Positions 10,195 to 24,272 of a stretch of 64,000 bases of DNA are shown piece by piece. The stretch is from Trichosphaerium sp. ATCC 40318 (taxonomy: Eukaryota > Protista > Tubulinea), in contig JALMLS010000329.1 in the NCBI GenBank assembly GCA_038496445.1, forward strand, positions 1 through 64,000, read 5' to 3'. Position 1 is the first letter of the stretch. Each line of letters begins with the position of its first letter. A program made the position numbers and the translations under genes. The notes beneath the pieces are model-generated. The model did not search any database. It was given only the letters and a program-made list of their open reading frames with translations, and was not told where the DNA came from.

Positions 10195-12290
10195 TACATA
10201 CTCCTAAACCCTAATACGGTTGGTACATACTCCTAAACCCTAACCCCTAACACTAACCCTAATGTTCGGTGAAACACCTAATATCAGTGAATTAGGGTTT
10301 TGAACATTAAAGCTTAGGGGTTTAAACCCTAATGTTTGCTGATACTCATTCGGTGAACCAACTACCAAAAAAGGTAAGTCTTGTTCATTAAGCGAAAATA
10401 AACACTTTATGAAAAAAAATTACAACCTTCACAAAAACACCTCATAACTATACACCAAGGCAATATAAATGGCTCATACTTCATACATAGTAAAACAAGA
10501 TATATTAGCATAATATACATCAGGCACTACATATATGGTGATATACATGGCACATAATCAGGACAACCCTAATGGGTAGGCCATAAAATGGCAAAAAATA
10601 TTTATTTACTATCATTATGCTGAATCACACTCTAGTTTTTATCACCATGTAAATATGGCTTTATAACCATGAGGTACATATATAATGGGATACTTGATAC
10701 AGCAAAGGGGGCTGGGGGCATTGGTGAACAGAGCAAAAAAAATGAATTTTTTACACATTTTTGGTAAAAAGTATTAATGTGGGTAGCACCATCTCATTCA
10801 CCGAACGAAATATGTTTGGTATCCCCATGATGGCACAAATATCAATTTATTGAAAACCAAGTTTCACAACTCTGAGATGGCTGCCATACACCATATGTGA
10901 TCCAAAGTGCAAAGCAACATTTTGGGCAAAAAATGACGAAAAACTAAAATGGCATGTAGGTAATATTTACATTTACCATGTTACTATCCAAATACAAATA
11001 TATGAGGCATGTATAACAACTATGCCATATAGGATAAAAAATCACATGATGTATGGTGGCGAGTGACTGAAAAACCCAAAAATGGCTCTGACTTTATATA
11101 TTTCGCAAATTTCGGATCACATATATGCTGCCCCACCATTTCGATTGCATATTCATAATCTATGGCAAATTTGGTGACTAAAAACACGGTTTCGCAATCA
11201 TGAGACAATATGGCAAGGGGGGCCCTCATGCAAAAAGAAGTTGCTTAAAAATAAGCGATGAACGCGCATTCGAATCACCGAAAGCCATGACCATCTATGA
11301 CCAAATCATTGCTTGCATCATGTAGTCAGATTATAAGCGCATACAAAAAAGTTTTGTGGGGTGTTATAGGTGATTTTATAATCCCATTATGTAAGCAATC
11401 CTTAGGCCAACGTGATTTTGCCGCTAAAAAGTGCCAAAAAGTGGTAAAAATGCTGCTGAAAACGCTATCTCATTATGAAGGATACCTATGATAATTTTGA
11501 TGCCATATTTGGCTTGCAACGGCCATTTAAGGGCTAGAAACATATTGTATATTTTCATGGGGGGCGCTTGAAGCCATATTTTCGCTCAGCTAGAGGGCTC
11601 GTTTTCATTATAACCCTAAGATTATTTTATATCTCATAGTCATGAATAGATATGAAAATAAACAATATCTCATTATGTTGCCATGTATGTATAGATATGA
11701 ATTTAAATTACAGTTTAGCTACACATGATATACTAAAAACTTTGTGTATATGAGAAGTGTGCATACATATTTTTTTTGTAAAAAAAAAGCCAATTACAAA
11801 CTCAAAATTGCTTACATCTATATAACTCATCACTATGGATACCTACAAATCAATTATTGCTTGTACCATGTTTATATGGCCTAATAACATATATGTACAT
11901 ATATAAAGTAATTAAAAATACATTTGTAAATGCAACCTCCAAACACAACTGAATGGTAAAAATATTTCAAAATTTGCAAAAAAAAAAAGTTCACGTGTCG
12001 CTCACAGGCCATGTAGTGTACGAATATCATTTTCGATGCTGCACACCATAATAATACATGCCTGTGCCTAGCGGCACAGCCATGAAAGTAGCAAAATCTA
12101 ATAAAATCGAAAAAGTAGAGGTTTAGGTAACCTTAACCTTAAACCTTAATTGGCTTCTAGGGTATAACCCTAATCGCTATTAAAGTTGACTAGGGTTAGG
12201 GTTATATGCTAGGCTCCATTAGGGCTAGGGTTAGGTTTATAACCCTATGGAGAATTAGGGTTAGGTTTTTGGTATTAAAGCTTAGAACTA
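10195..12290. repeat. Non-coding block R2 with telomere-like repeats
   Basis: Second copy of the R1 left end, with a 20-nt terminal duplication at 10195-10214. Scattered internal similarity to R1 (e.g. ~6800 vs ~11112). Mixed-orientation TTAGGG/CCCTAA cluster at 12120-12270. Confidence 0.75.
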
Positions 12291-12710
12291 ACTTTGTATC
12301 AAGTCTTAGTTTGTATCACAGCTTTATACATTAACTTATTTCTTCACATTTTTCCTCATTTTAGTATTGTGTATTGTTGTTTAATTACAAATATCCAATT
12401 ACCTTCAAAGCTTGTATGTTAATTATGTTATTAAGTTTATTTTAACATCTTTTTTTGTTTGAGTTCTTTTACATGTAGGTTTTGTAGTACTTTTTATTTT
12501 GTTAACTTTAGTTTATATTCACACTTCACCAATACTTTACAAAAGAATCTTTATTTGCTGAGGAGTATGTACTATACTTACCCAAAAACACAATACAAAC
12601 CTAGCTTGTTACCAACTACCAACAAAGATAAATGGTATACAAGCTGTATTTAACCAACACAAGGATATTGATAAAAAATGTATTTGTTTACAAGTTCACA
12701 TGCCAACAGT

Positions 12711-15700
12711 TTAAAAACTCTCAGAAAGGGTACGGAATGATGTTTGCATATCATCATTGAGCTTCTGGAACTTAGCAACAAGTTCTTTTTCGCCATCAAT
12801 TGGATCCTAAGAACAAAACAGTTAGTAGATGAAAAAAAAAACCCAATGTACACATATATATAACATACCTCGAATTTTTGACCAGAGAGACGTTGGCGGA
12901 TGCTAGCGGTGTGTGATTTAATGACACTCCAGCTCATCTTGTTGTCAGCGGTAGACATCTCCAATGCCTATATAGCATGCAATTAATATACAGTTCATTG
13001 TATTTTTTTTGTTTTTTCTTTGCGAGCGAAAAACCAACTCTTGTGATGTGGTACGTACTTGTTGAGCGTGTGTGTAGAAAGCGATGAAATTACGCAACAT
13101 CCATACGGTTTTATAAAACGGACAGTATTTATCATACGCAGAAAAACCGTTTTGCTGGAGGTAGTCATCCTTTATGAGCTTGGCTACTTCCAATGTAATT
13201 TTATCAGACTCAGCAAGTGAATCCTACAAACAATTCGGTTAATCGTGCTACTTGCAAAGCGCAAATGGCGAAACGTGTTGCAGGTTTAATTTTTTTTGAG
13301 CTGTAGATAAAAAACGTACTTTGCCGACCAATTGTACAATTTCTGTCAAATCCTCTTCTGTTTGCAAAATTTCCTTTGTCTTGGAACGGAGAGGAATAAA
13401 ATCGGAATCAAATTCCTACAAAAAAGAAACGTTAGCACAAATATCAAAATAAGAAAAAAGGAGCGGAGGGGGAGTTACCTCATAGAACGGTTCGAGGGCA
13501 TTGACGTATTTGGAGTAACTGAAGAGCCAGTGAATAGATGGAAAGTGCTTTCTTTGTGCCAATTTTTTATCAAGACGCCAAAACACTTGCACAATACCCA
13601 AAGTAGCAGCTAAACAGCCAAGTCAAACAATGTAACACTAAGCAAGCACTTTCGAACAGTTTCGTACATGTTACAGGCTCAGTGAAATCACCACCAGCAG
13701 GTGACACAGCACCCACAATTGTTACAGAACCCTTACGCGCTGGGTTACCCAAGCACACAATTTTACCAGCACTACTCAAAAAATTAGCCCAACAAATCAC
13801 CACAGTCACAATTTAAAATTAAGGTTACGCACCGTTCGTAGAAACTGGCCAACCTAGCAGCTAAGTAAGCTGGGTATCCTCTATCGGCAGGCATCTCCGC
13901 AAGACGACCAGAGATTTCTCTCAAAGCCTCAGCCCAACGAGAGGTGGAATCTGCCATCATAGCTACATTATAACCTTGATCACGGAAATACTCAGCGAGA
14001 GTGATACCTTGGACCGAATTAGCAACAGAATGATTTGTATCAAAAAAAAAAAAAAAAAACAATAATCAAGCCATGAGAATAACTTGAAAACTAAGAATAG
14101 GAAAGGAGCTCACCAGTGTAGATAGATGCTTCTCGAGCAGCTACAGGCATGTTTGAGGTATTAGCGACCAATGTTGTACGTTGCATAATAGATTGCTCTT
14201 TGCCCTGAAATAACGTTAATCAAAAACAGTACCAGAAATATAATTTTGAAAAAACACACCTTCAACTTAACACTAAGTTCTGGGAACTCCATTAGTACTT
14301 CTGCCATCTCATTACCACGTTCTCCTAGCGCACATTTAGTAAATTCATCCAATCACATGGTGGTTCATTTTCGCCCCAATAGGAAATAAATAAAAAAAAA
14401 ACAACGCACCACATCCAACGTAAATAATAACATCAGAGTTTGAGAACTTGGATAGAGATTGGGAGATAACTGTTTTACCGCAACCAAAAGCACCAGGGAT
14501 GGCACAAGTACCTCCTTGAATGAGTCTAAAACAAAAAGCATAAGCACCGCATTACAATGAAAAATAGGTAGAAAAAACAGAAACAAAAAAACTGTGTTAC
14601 ATACGGGAACAGAGCATCCAAAACGCGTTGACCAGTAAGCATAGGGTAGTCAGCTGCAAGCTTATCTGTAACAGGTCTTGGTGTACGGACAGGCCAAGTG
14701 TGGCTCATTCCATATCCAGTTTCTTTACCGTCAAATTCTAGTTTCACTACATCATCCTACAAAACCAAAATATTAATATTAATTAATTTACTGCGCAAAA
14801 ATAAAGGATAAGTTTAAAAAAGCATACATCGAGAGTGTATTCGCCTTCAGGAGCGATCCATGTGACACGTCCGTACGCTCTTGGAGGGATCATGATACGA
14901 TGTTCAATGAGATCGTTTTCATCTACCAATCCTACGATATCACCACCAGTGAGTTGAGAACCAACCTGTATTGATCATTAGTGAAAAAGGTCGGCTTAGG
15001 GGGAAAAAAAAGGCCATGCGGATGTATTTCACAACTGGTCAAAAAAAAACTTCAATGTAAAAAAAAAACTCGTCAAAACATGCTCTACAACACTCAGAAA
15101 AAAAAACACACTAAACTTTAGACGAAGAAAAGCCAAGGCGATTTTCAAAGGAAAATTTCAAGCGGCAGGCTCAGACATTTAGAGCAAAAAGATGGCAAAT
15201 AAGTGTACCTGTACGTCTTTGTTTGGTACAAACAACCATTTTTTTGAGTGATCAAGTGGCACGGTTGAAATACCCTTTGGAATGTAAATACTGCCAGACA
15301 TTTGCTTAATTGCTTGCAATGGACGCTGAATACCATCAAAAATGTTGTCCATGATACCTGAAATGGAGGGTTAAGAGTGCCATACTAAAGGAGGAAAAGC
15401 GATGCCCAAAACTTTGCTGTTTGTACAACAAAAAATAAATACAAGAGTTTTACGGCTCAAAACATTTTTGTAGGCGTTGTTTACAAAACAAGAGCGAGCG
15501 CGATAAGTTGTGATGATAGTAAGAAAAACAGTGGTTTGACAAGAAGTGAAATAATTGGGGTTCAGAACCAGGCAAAAATCCATCAAAAGTTAAACGCAAA
15601 CGTACCAGGACCCAATTCTACAGAAAGTGGTTTGCCTGTTCTTAATACAGGGTCGCCTACTTGTAAACCAGCTAATACTAGCTTAGAAAAACGGTTTGGT

Positions 15701-16031
15701 GCCACAGGTACGTACAGGTATCTTCGTATACTTGAATTGTAGCCGTGTCAGCGTCGAGACGGATGATCTCTCCGACAAGCTCGCCGTGTCCCACACGCAC
15801 CTATTTTAGCTTAGTTAGTGCCTGAATAGAAATATTGACGCTGATCCAGTGTGAAGGCGTACCAATTCGTACATAGCACTTCCAGACATTTCTTCGGCGA
15901 TGACGACTAAATATAAATGTTACCTAAGCGTTTTACGTGACATTTAGCGCACCAGGGCCTGATACAGAAAAGACGACACCATACTTGGCGCCCTCTTTCA
16001 AGCCTTTCCCTCCTTGCTTATTGTCACTCAT
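12711..16031 (-). CDS. ATP6V1A: V-type H+-ATPase catalytic subunit A (multi-exon)
   Basis: [67 protein letters not shown]. Start at 16031, stop at 12711. Confidence 0.97.
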
Positions 16032-16399
16032 TTGTTGCGTCTTTTAAGGGGCAAGTAAGATTTAAAAAACTTTGTTGGACCACTCAATTTTTCTCTGTAC
16101 TTTTCTCAACAGATAATCCAGCAATGTCGTATGTCTTTCGCGTCACACTAAGACCGCACAAAACATAAAAAGGGGGGCGAAAACCTTTGTTTGCGACACG
16201 CTAACTGTTACAAAATTCCAACCCACAAACCCAAAAGCCCAAAAGCGCTAAAGTCCAACGCGTATTGAAAGCCAAATAATGAAATAGTGGGTTAACTCAA
16301 AAAATACAATTTGTTGTTGATGTTAAGACGCCACATGGTGACACCAAATCGTTTTGTGCTAGCTACAAACAGTAATCTAACTTTTTTATGGGGTTGTAC

Positions 16400-19204
16400 T
16401 TATAAGTCTACAACGGCTAATGTAGCAGACCACCCAGGACAACTAATTTTCATCGTTGCATTTTGCACTGTTACAGAACCCACATTTGAAAGTCGCTCTT
16501 TTGCAGTAAACCTAAACAACGTGGCCTGGCAACAACAATGAGAATATCAATACTCAATAACAATCTAACGCACGTGTCCAGTGATTGTAACAGCTGAGGT
16601 ATCAATAGTTATTGGTACTGGGTCTGGTTTTTTGTTTACCATAACCACAAACATTTTTGCTTTTTGCTTGTCAACAAATGTGTAAGCACTGGCAACATCA
16701 ATCTCTGAGGAAGTGGATTTAATGGTGTGCCCACTGACGCTAGACCCTTGCAAGAATAAGAACGTGCTAGCAAGTTTTGCCGATACCTTTGCCATCATAG
16801 TTTAAAAACAGCAAGTATGCTTGTTCAGTCAGGCTACCAACATTTGGTACTGACCAACGTGTTGATGCATGTAAACCCATCTCAGCGAATACACCAAGTG
16901 CATCAACATTTGTTAGAGCACCTGTGATAAGGTCGTCGCCGCCATAACTAAATTCCGAAATTGAAGTGCGCAGTCCAGGTAAATGCTTTGCTATCCACGT
17001 GTTTACTCTAGCGAGAATATGGACTTTAGCAACAAACCATGTGACAGTGGTAAAAGTGGGATCCCATAGTGGTCTTGTACCCCTTAAAGGTGTGAACACG
17101 ATAAAAGTAGTATCACTGTAAAACTACCTGAATCGTAGGAAAGTAGTTACTGGGTCCAAGTCGTTGTTTGTAAATGGTACTACATAAGGATACGTGTGAA
17201 TATCAATGACATCAACAAGTTGAATCCCTGTTGCTTTTTTGTGTTCTGCTATCTTGTATATGTACCTACGATAATAAGATGAAGGAAAATAAACGTGATG
17301 AGTTTGCCAGTGCTGTACCATTCAATAAGCGACATGTTACCGTGAGCTAGGCGATCTGGTCCAATTTTACATCCATCTGCTGCTGAGAACATATAGTTGC
17401 ACCACCCTCTTACGTTTAGGTTAATTTATGATACAAATACACATGCTCACGTTGTCACTGGACCAAATATTGTTGAAGCAGGAAAATTGTGCTTAAGAAT
17501 GCTACCATACGCCAAGGTTTTATTCCAAAGTCTAGCCCACAAGTCAGCGATTGCACTAGTAACAAAACGTACTCATCATAGGTAAGTTTCTCAGGATGCA
17601 CATCTCTGTGCGTGCCACTCCAAAGCCCTGATGTATGTCAGCAGAGCTCAAAATACACAGAAAAAATTCCGTTGCAAATTGGTACCTGGTTCATTATCCA
17701 ATGCAAACCAACGAACTGATCCTGTCCCGTGCAGCTTGTCAATGTGATTTATCCACTTCACATTGTATGTTGGAGGTGTCTCAACACTTGTATCATGTGG
17801 GTCATTACCAGTCACAAACGAACCATCCGGCTTGATACCATTACCACAATCAGTACGGTATCGATCAACACTTTTTTGAGCACCATACTTTTTAACAGAA
17901 AACCCACATCTAACGTTATTGTCAAAAAATAAACTAGATAAAAATGAGACTTTTGTGGTGCCTAATTTCTCTATCAATTGGTCTCCAGCCAATCATTGGT
18001 GTCAATAACATTACTTCACTGTTAGCTCTGCAACATAGTTAAAGAACAGTATATACGCAGAATATCTGAAGAAGAGCATACTGCGTGGAGTTATAAATAA
18101 ATCCATCAGAAGTTGTGTTTGTTGGCCATTGGGCGTTTTGAGTTGGCATGTTTTCGTAGAACCAATCATGACAAAGATTAGCTGTATCAATATCCCAGGC
18201 GTATCTACTTTTAACCTCTCCTCCCCATCTGTTAACTCTGTATCGGCAACTTTTCAGGTGCCCCAATGTAGCGTGATTTACACCAAATAGGTATGGCGAA
18301 AGAGGAATAGATACGGAAGTGTCAATCGTAACAGCTACTGGTCCAGCACGTGGAAGGTTAATACTGAATCCTACACTGCTAAAATAAATAGTATCTGTTG
18401 TGATCGCCTGGCCATAAGTTAATACTTCACCCTTCACCCCATCCGTACGCACGGTAATGGGTTTGAATTTGAGAATGTACAGACTCGTGTTATTATTGGC
18501 TATGCCGAATTTGGCGAAAGGAATAGTTACTTGATAAGTATCTTGTTAATAACGCAAACGGATAGATTACAAAATGAGAAATGAGTCACCTTGTAACCAC
18601 GTGTTAGCAGGTATCTTGCTACCTATCACCTCTGACAGTTTCAAAGCCTTCCCAACTTCTAGTCGTCAATGTTAATTGCTCTGGGCCTACGTACCACTTC
18701 CTGAATTGAGTTCCAATTCTACGTCTTGTCCACTTGTAGAACCACCGCTTATCCTTCAATTAACGTCAACGTGATAGTAGATACACAGGACAAGGCAACT
18801 AACCAAAAATTAAGATCCGCTAGATACTTTGTTTCACCAACAAAGTTCCCGTGTAAAACTAGTGTCGATTCGCTTGGCTTGAAGCTTAGGGAATACGTTG
18901 TTCCCGCTCTAACGTGCTACAGTTTCGTTATGTTGTCAGTGGGTTGCCGCTTCTTACAAAACACAGCTAGAGTAGTAGTTACACGCACACTAGTGTCCTT
19001 CATGTTTACACCTGAACCTGACCAACTCTGAAAACCTCGCTCTAATGTTCCTATACAACCCCTTTTGAGCCCTTACACCGGCGCCATTGTGGTAAATGTT
19101 ATAAATAACATACCCGTTTGGCCGTTATAAACGGTGACATTTGCCATCTGAGCAAATACGCAAGATAAAAAGCATAGTAATAAAGCAGTCCCATGTAAAT
19201 TCAT
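16400..19204 (-). CDS. Secreted glycoside hydrolase family 44 (endoglucanase/xyloglucanase) with N-terminal CBM-like domain
   Basis: Signal peptide MNLHGTALLLCFLSCVFA. GH44 motifs NRWGG..SRYAW, DWFYEN, WFALDNEP, DIHTYP and ISEFSYG...DALGVF. Confidence 0.85.
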
Positions 19205-19495
19205 AACGGTACAGTGGCTACTGTGACGTAATTTGGACTTAAGGCGAATTTACCATAAATCACGTGATACAAATAAGTAGGCAAAGCACTGGTGATGACA
19301 TTGTAGTACTAAATATCGATAATTTGCGAGTTTACATCTCGAACAGAAGCTTAGAAGTGAATGGGCGCATATATTGGGTTAAAACTGGAGATTTGAGAAT
19401 CACAATTGGAAAGTTGCATTCTGAAATATTCCTTGAACCTGGTCATTCTATTGTATTAACATCTGATTACAGTCCAACATAGTGACATTATTTTA

Positions 19496-20731
19496 TTATC
19501 GGTGACTGCCCGTATGGATAAGATGGCAGCTAGGATAGTAACCTTGTTCTATGAGACCTCTAAACTCTAGTTGCTCTCTACATTAACGAAGTGAGTACAA
19601 TATCTCCTGCATAACAAAAAAAATGGGTGTACTGTGGTGAGCGCCGGGCTGAATGAACAATAAACTCTGAATATCTAAATCGTGAGGCATAAAATGACCA
19701 AAATGGCGTCGAGTAGTTCGTCCTTAGCATTACCTCACCCATACTAGAGTCAAAGTATTTGAGTCCCATTATCTTAATTACGTCCTCTCTGAATGCCAGA
19801 AATTCTGGGTCCCCAATACGGTATATCGCATTGCCGTTAATATGCACAAACCAATGGCCATTGAATCGCGTTTCAAGAGGATTAGCTGGTGGCGGACATG
19901 GTTTATTGATGTGTTTAGGGTGACTTAGACAGGCTCCTCGGAATGCAATAGAGCCTACGAGTAAAAAAGGTCAGTAAGGACTCAAGGTTTCTCCATTTGA
20001 CTGTACCTTTTATCCAGAATGGACTGACATCCAACGTTTCCTTATAAACGTGCTCAAGCCATAGGGGACGTACAGGCAATACATCGGGCTCCATCAAAAA
20101 CCTACAGAGATAAAATAAATTTAAGGTGTCAAAAAAAAAGCCGAAAAATTCAAAAAAAAAAAAAGATATGGATACCAGTAGTCATAGTTCCCTTTTATCT
20201 CAGGGCGCTTGAAAAACTCATAAAATTGGTACGAAGATGCAGCAGGGCGATAGCTATCATGTTGTTTTGGTGTCTTTGTTTCGAAAAACTCTATTGTTGA
20301 GAAGCAACTATGCGCTCCACTCTCGTGTACGATCTCTCGTAGTTGGTTTTTAGTTTCTTCCGTGTGAGTTAGACTTATAGCAAAGAATAACGTGACGTTC
20401 TCCACACATGGCCACCTTCAGTAATGTTAGAACGGTTCAGCAATGAAATTACACGTAAAATCACTCTGTACCCCACGTTGCAGGGAAAGTAGTCTGCCCA
20501 CATGTCTATTTGCTTCTTAATTTTAGGTATTTGCTTCGCTACGAACGGTATCACGACTGCCAAACGAGTTCTACAATTTTCGTTCGTAGTTTCAGTAGCT
20601 GGGCATATATAGCTTTGCGTCAGCGGTACTAGATGTGTTTGTACAGGCGTGGCTTTATGTAACCACAGGAAGACCAATATAACCAGTGTGCCTACGAACA
20701 CCACGTAAAGGGTTGGCGTTTTCTGTGCCAT
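19496..20731 (-). CDS. Type II membrane protein, putative glycosyltransferase-like
   Basis: N-terminal TM segment, then RLAVVIPF, YDYW, MEPDVLPVRPLWL, FWIKG and HINGNAIY. The family assignment is tentative. Confidence 0.6.
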
Positions 20732-20934
20732 TCCTCTCCAGATATACGATCACGTGGCACGTTTTGAAAAAACAAAAAAAAAGCGCATTATTTTGTTAAG
20801 TTTTGATAAGATAACAGACAACTATAAAAACACAGAACCAGCGAACCCTCGTGACATGTCGAGAAAATGCGAGAAGGTTACGCGTTGGTGTTAAATAACG
20901 TGACATGATTTGTTGAATAAAAACAAGCTAGTGC

Positions 20935-21225
20935 GTAGGGATATCAAGGTACTGCAGTATTGGGAGTACAATGCAAAAGTGGCGTGCAGTAGGCTATTCC
21001 TGTTTTCGGACATTATACACCTCGGGGTATTATTGTAGCATTAGACACATGCACATCCTTAACTGCGGTACGCCGTGGTTCTTCCGGTGATGACTTGTGA
21101 CACGTGCAGTCGCTTGGTAATTGAGCCGGTTTTTTATTATTTGTCCGAGGTCGGACTTGTGGTGTCCTTTTCAAACCCATATGTGCTTTCGCGGTTGTAA
21201 GGCACGATTCTTGCGTATGGTACGG
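20935..21225 (+). ncRNA. Candidate structured non-coding RNA (unassigned)
   Basis: GC-richer intergenic stretch with several G-U-containing hairpins: aactgcgg-TACG-ccgtggtt (21061-21080), tgtt-TTCG-gaca (21001-21012), tactgca/tgcagta and gtccga/tcggac. Confidence 0.35.
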
Positions 21226-21334
21226 CGATTATTTGAATGTGCTTATAAGAGTTAACTTCGCTAAGACAGAATTCACGAGAACGAAAATTTCATTCTTTAA
21301 AACACTCACACGATAAACACGTACTTCCTACTTT

Positions 21335-22312
21335 ATGTCCGCAGCAGTAGCAACTCCATACACAGGTACGGGTAAACTATTTTTGCTTCGTTTCAACGTA
21401 GATGCGTTTTAACGCCAGAAATACCTTCGTATACGCTTAAACCCACGTTTCACGAGTATTCAGCCACAGAAAACCCATTTGCGTTTTTATTACTTTGAAG
21501 TTCTAGTTCCTAATAAACCAAAGGCCCTAAAGAGCTAGAATATGACTCTTGCGAGTCGTGGGATGAAGTAGATTTAACTCAAGTCGATTTGGAAGCCAAC
21601 AGAGCAGAACCAGCAAAACGTGGTTTACTAGCTTCTGTATTCAACCCAATGTCGTTATTCGGCAAGCCTTCGCAGACAGACGTTTCGCGTAAGTACTGAA
21701 ACAAACTCGCAAAACATTTATAAAACTGGCAGTTTTTCGACCAGGGTGCCTGCTACCATAGTGCATAATAGCGCCATCAAACGCGCATTTTCACGAAGAC
21801 CATAATTTTTATGTAAAAATGTTTTGTTCACGTAAACGCGCCCCGAACTTCGCAAGTTTTAACGCTCATTCAATAGGCGCTCAACATGTACGGGACTACG
21901 CACACACAAGCGAAGCTGTAGCAAACCAACAACAAGAAGCCACGTTTGACGCCGCTTTGGCAATTGCCGATATAAATACGCAATTTATGGCTGTATACTA
22001 CCCATTGTTCGTATGGACGCTTGTAAAGCACTACGCTAAGCTCTGGGTTGTATTTATACCTTCTTTGCCTTTTATTGCGCTTGCTCTACTTATTTCATTG
22101 TCTGTTGGCGTTATTGCCGATTTTCTACGCGTACGTGCGCTTTTTTTATACCAAATGTAAAGTACTCATCGTTGTAATAGGGTGCTTTGTGGGTCATTAC
22201 ACTACAAGGATTGAGACCTTCCGAGATGGAAAGCAACGATGCAATTCAAAAAAATGTATCCGAGATTGCTAAACCACAACCTGAACCTAGCGGAGAAGTT
22301 GTTGATATTTAA
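21335..22312 (+). CDS. Small multi-exon membrane protein of unknown function
   Basis: ATG at 21335, GT-AG introns, hydrophobic segment WVVFIPSLPFIALALLISLSVGVIA, stop at 22312. Confidence 0.6.
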
Positions 22313-23047
22313 GATAAACAAATGTACAATAGTGTAAATAATGCAAATCATCTTAAAATTATTCTGGCGTACATTATTTATTTTACAATCCTTCAACACA
22401 AGCAACAGTGGCTAGAGTTCTAGTGATTGAAGTTGTTTCAGAGCAATAAATGTTTTGACATCACAGGCAATACTTCACAAGTTTCTTCAAGTAAGCACTT
22501 CATTGCTGCTACAGTTAACTTATCAAATCCATTCCAACTGTTATAGCGAAACCTTCCTAAATAATTCATAAATCCACACATTGTTGTTGTACATGTTTCA
22601 CACTAGACACTGCTATTTAGTTTGGGTATCTATAAGAACAGGAAGGGATTGGTGATAGGAAGCAAAAGGATAGTGGTAAAACTAATCGAATTCCACAAGT
22701 AGCAACACTGTAAAATGTGAAGGAAAAGTCAATATTGCGGCATTGCTAAAAAAGCTTGGTGTTGCAAAAATTAAGATACTATACCAACACAAAAAGCAAT
22801 CATACACATATAATAATGATCCACAAACAATTAAAGAGCCTACAAAAGCTCTAGGAGTAAATAGTGAACACCACCTAAAAAGGCTTTTAATTAGTTCCGA
22901 AGATGAACAGGAATTAACATCCTTTAGTAGGTATTTACATTATTTACATTATTTACCAAGCAACAAAGCGCTCATTTTATGTACAAATCTTCCCGTTGTT
23001 TTTGGGACTTTTACTGTTTCCAATCTATCTATTAGACAGTACAGGCG

Positions 23048-24272
23048 TTAAACTACTACGCGCTGACATAGTCCCAGTGCCTTTTTTGGTGTAGAATGGA
23101 GTGCGCCTTCTACCACTTCTTTGGCTGACCGACGATAGCGTGATTGAACGCACGGGTCTTACACGTGCAGGCTCATATGATAAGCAACTTGACGACTAAA
23201 AAAGAGCGTGAGTTTTTTTGAATATAATTTCTGCAAAAAAACAATTTCGTCGTACTTTGCTTGTAGTAAATACACCGACCGTCTCAACCCGTCTCCAAGA
23301 GCTAGCGTCTACTACAGCGTACATCAAAGGTGTAGACATGCCCTGTCGCTCAAGCCATATCAAGAAAGGGCTGTCGAGAATGTATCCATGCGTTGCTTTT
23401 GGTTTTGGCGCCCACTTTGGTTGGTCTTTGCAAGATGAAAGACTTATTACGAAATTGCGATAAGGGTTACGTTTGTAGTTGCATTGAGCACTTCTTGAAC
23501 AGTCAACACAGTGTGAATCCAACAAACTTGTGTATGTGAATTCCGGAAATGACAAACTGGCGTTTTGTTGATGTCTCGCTAGTCTCTTGTATCTGATACA
23601 GTGTGTTATTGCACGCTCATTCTCTTTTGAGAGTGTAGCGCGAGTAATAAAAACGGCATCTCTAGGTGAAGTTTCGCATTGTGTAAGCTTGAATATTGGG
23701 TGTTGGTGACCCTTGACAGTGTATTCGTCAAAGCATGTGGCTGGTAGAGAACCTGCAGAAAATAAATTGCTTATGGTTGTGTTCCGGCCCTCCTTGAATT
23801 GCACGTTGATACGGCGCACATCTAAGAAGCCATTGTTAGGTTCATGCAGTTTTTACTTTCACTTTTTTCAAGTTTGTTGCAACAAATACTTACTTCCTTG
23901 TGAGTGCTTCGCTACGTTTCCAGACATCTTCAATGATGAGTGTGTATGCTCTCGAGAGCGTACAAGCTGTTCGGGGCTCGACATAGAATTATTGTTGCAC
24001 CGAAAGTGAACGCGCTCGTTGTTGGTGCCTAAGAGATCCTCCTGCGCCTGATTGTCTCTGTGATACCTTTGGTGCGGTGTCAACAATCTGCAAAACCCGG
24101 AAACTGTCCCGTTGTGTTCTCCTTTGTGTTGCAACCCTTGCAAGAGTGTATTCAAATTGTGTTTTTCCGTTCTGAACTCCAACAAGTCACTTGCTACACG
24201 CCGAGCCTCTCTACCCCTTGGCGAGAGCTTTTTAGATGAACCTAGCATAGTATCATTGAGTGCTGTTGCCAT
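23048..24272 (-). CDS. Hypothetical protein
   Basis: Long ORFs 23868-24272 and 23196-23819 can be linked by short introns. No motif recognised; 3' end uncertain. Confidence 0.5.
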
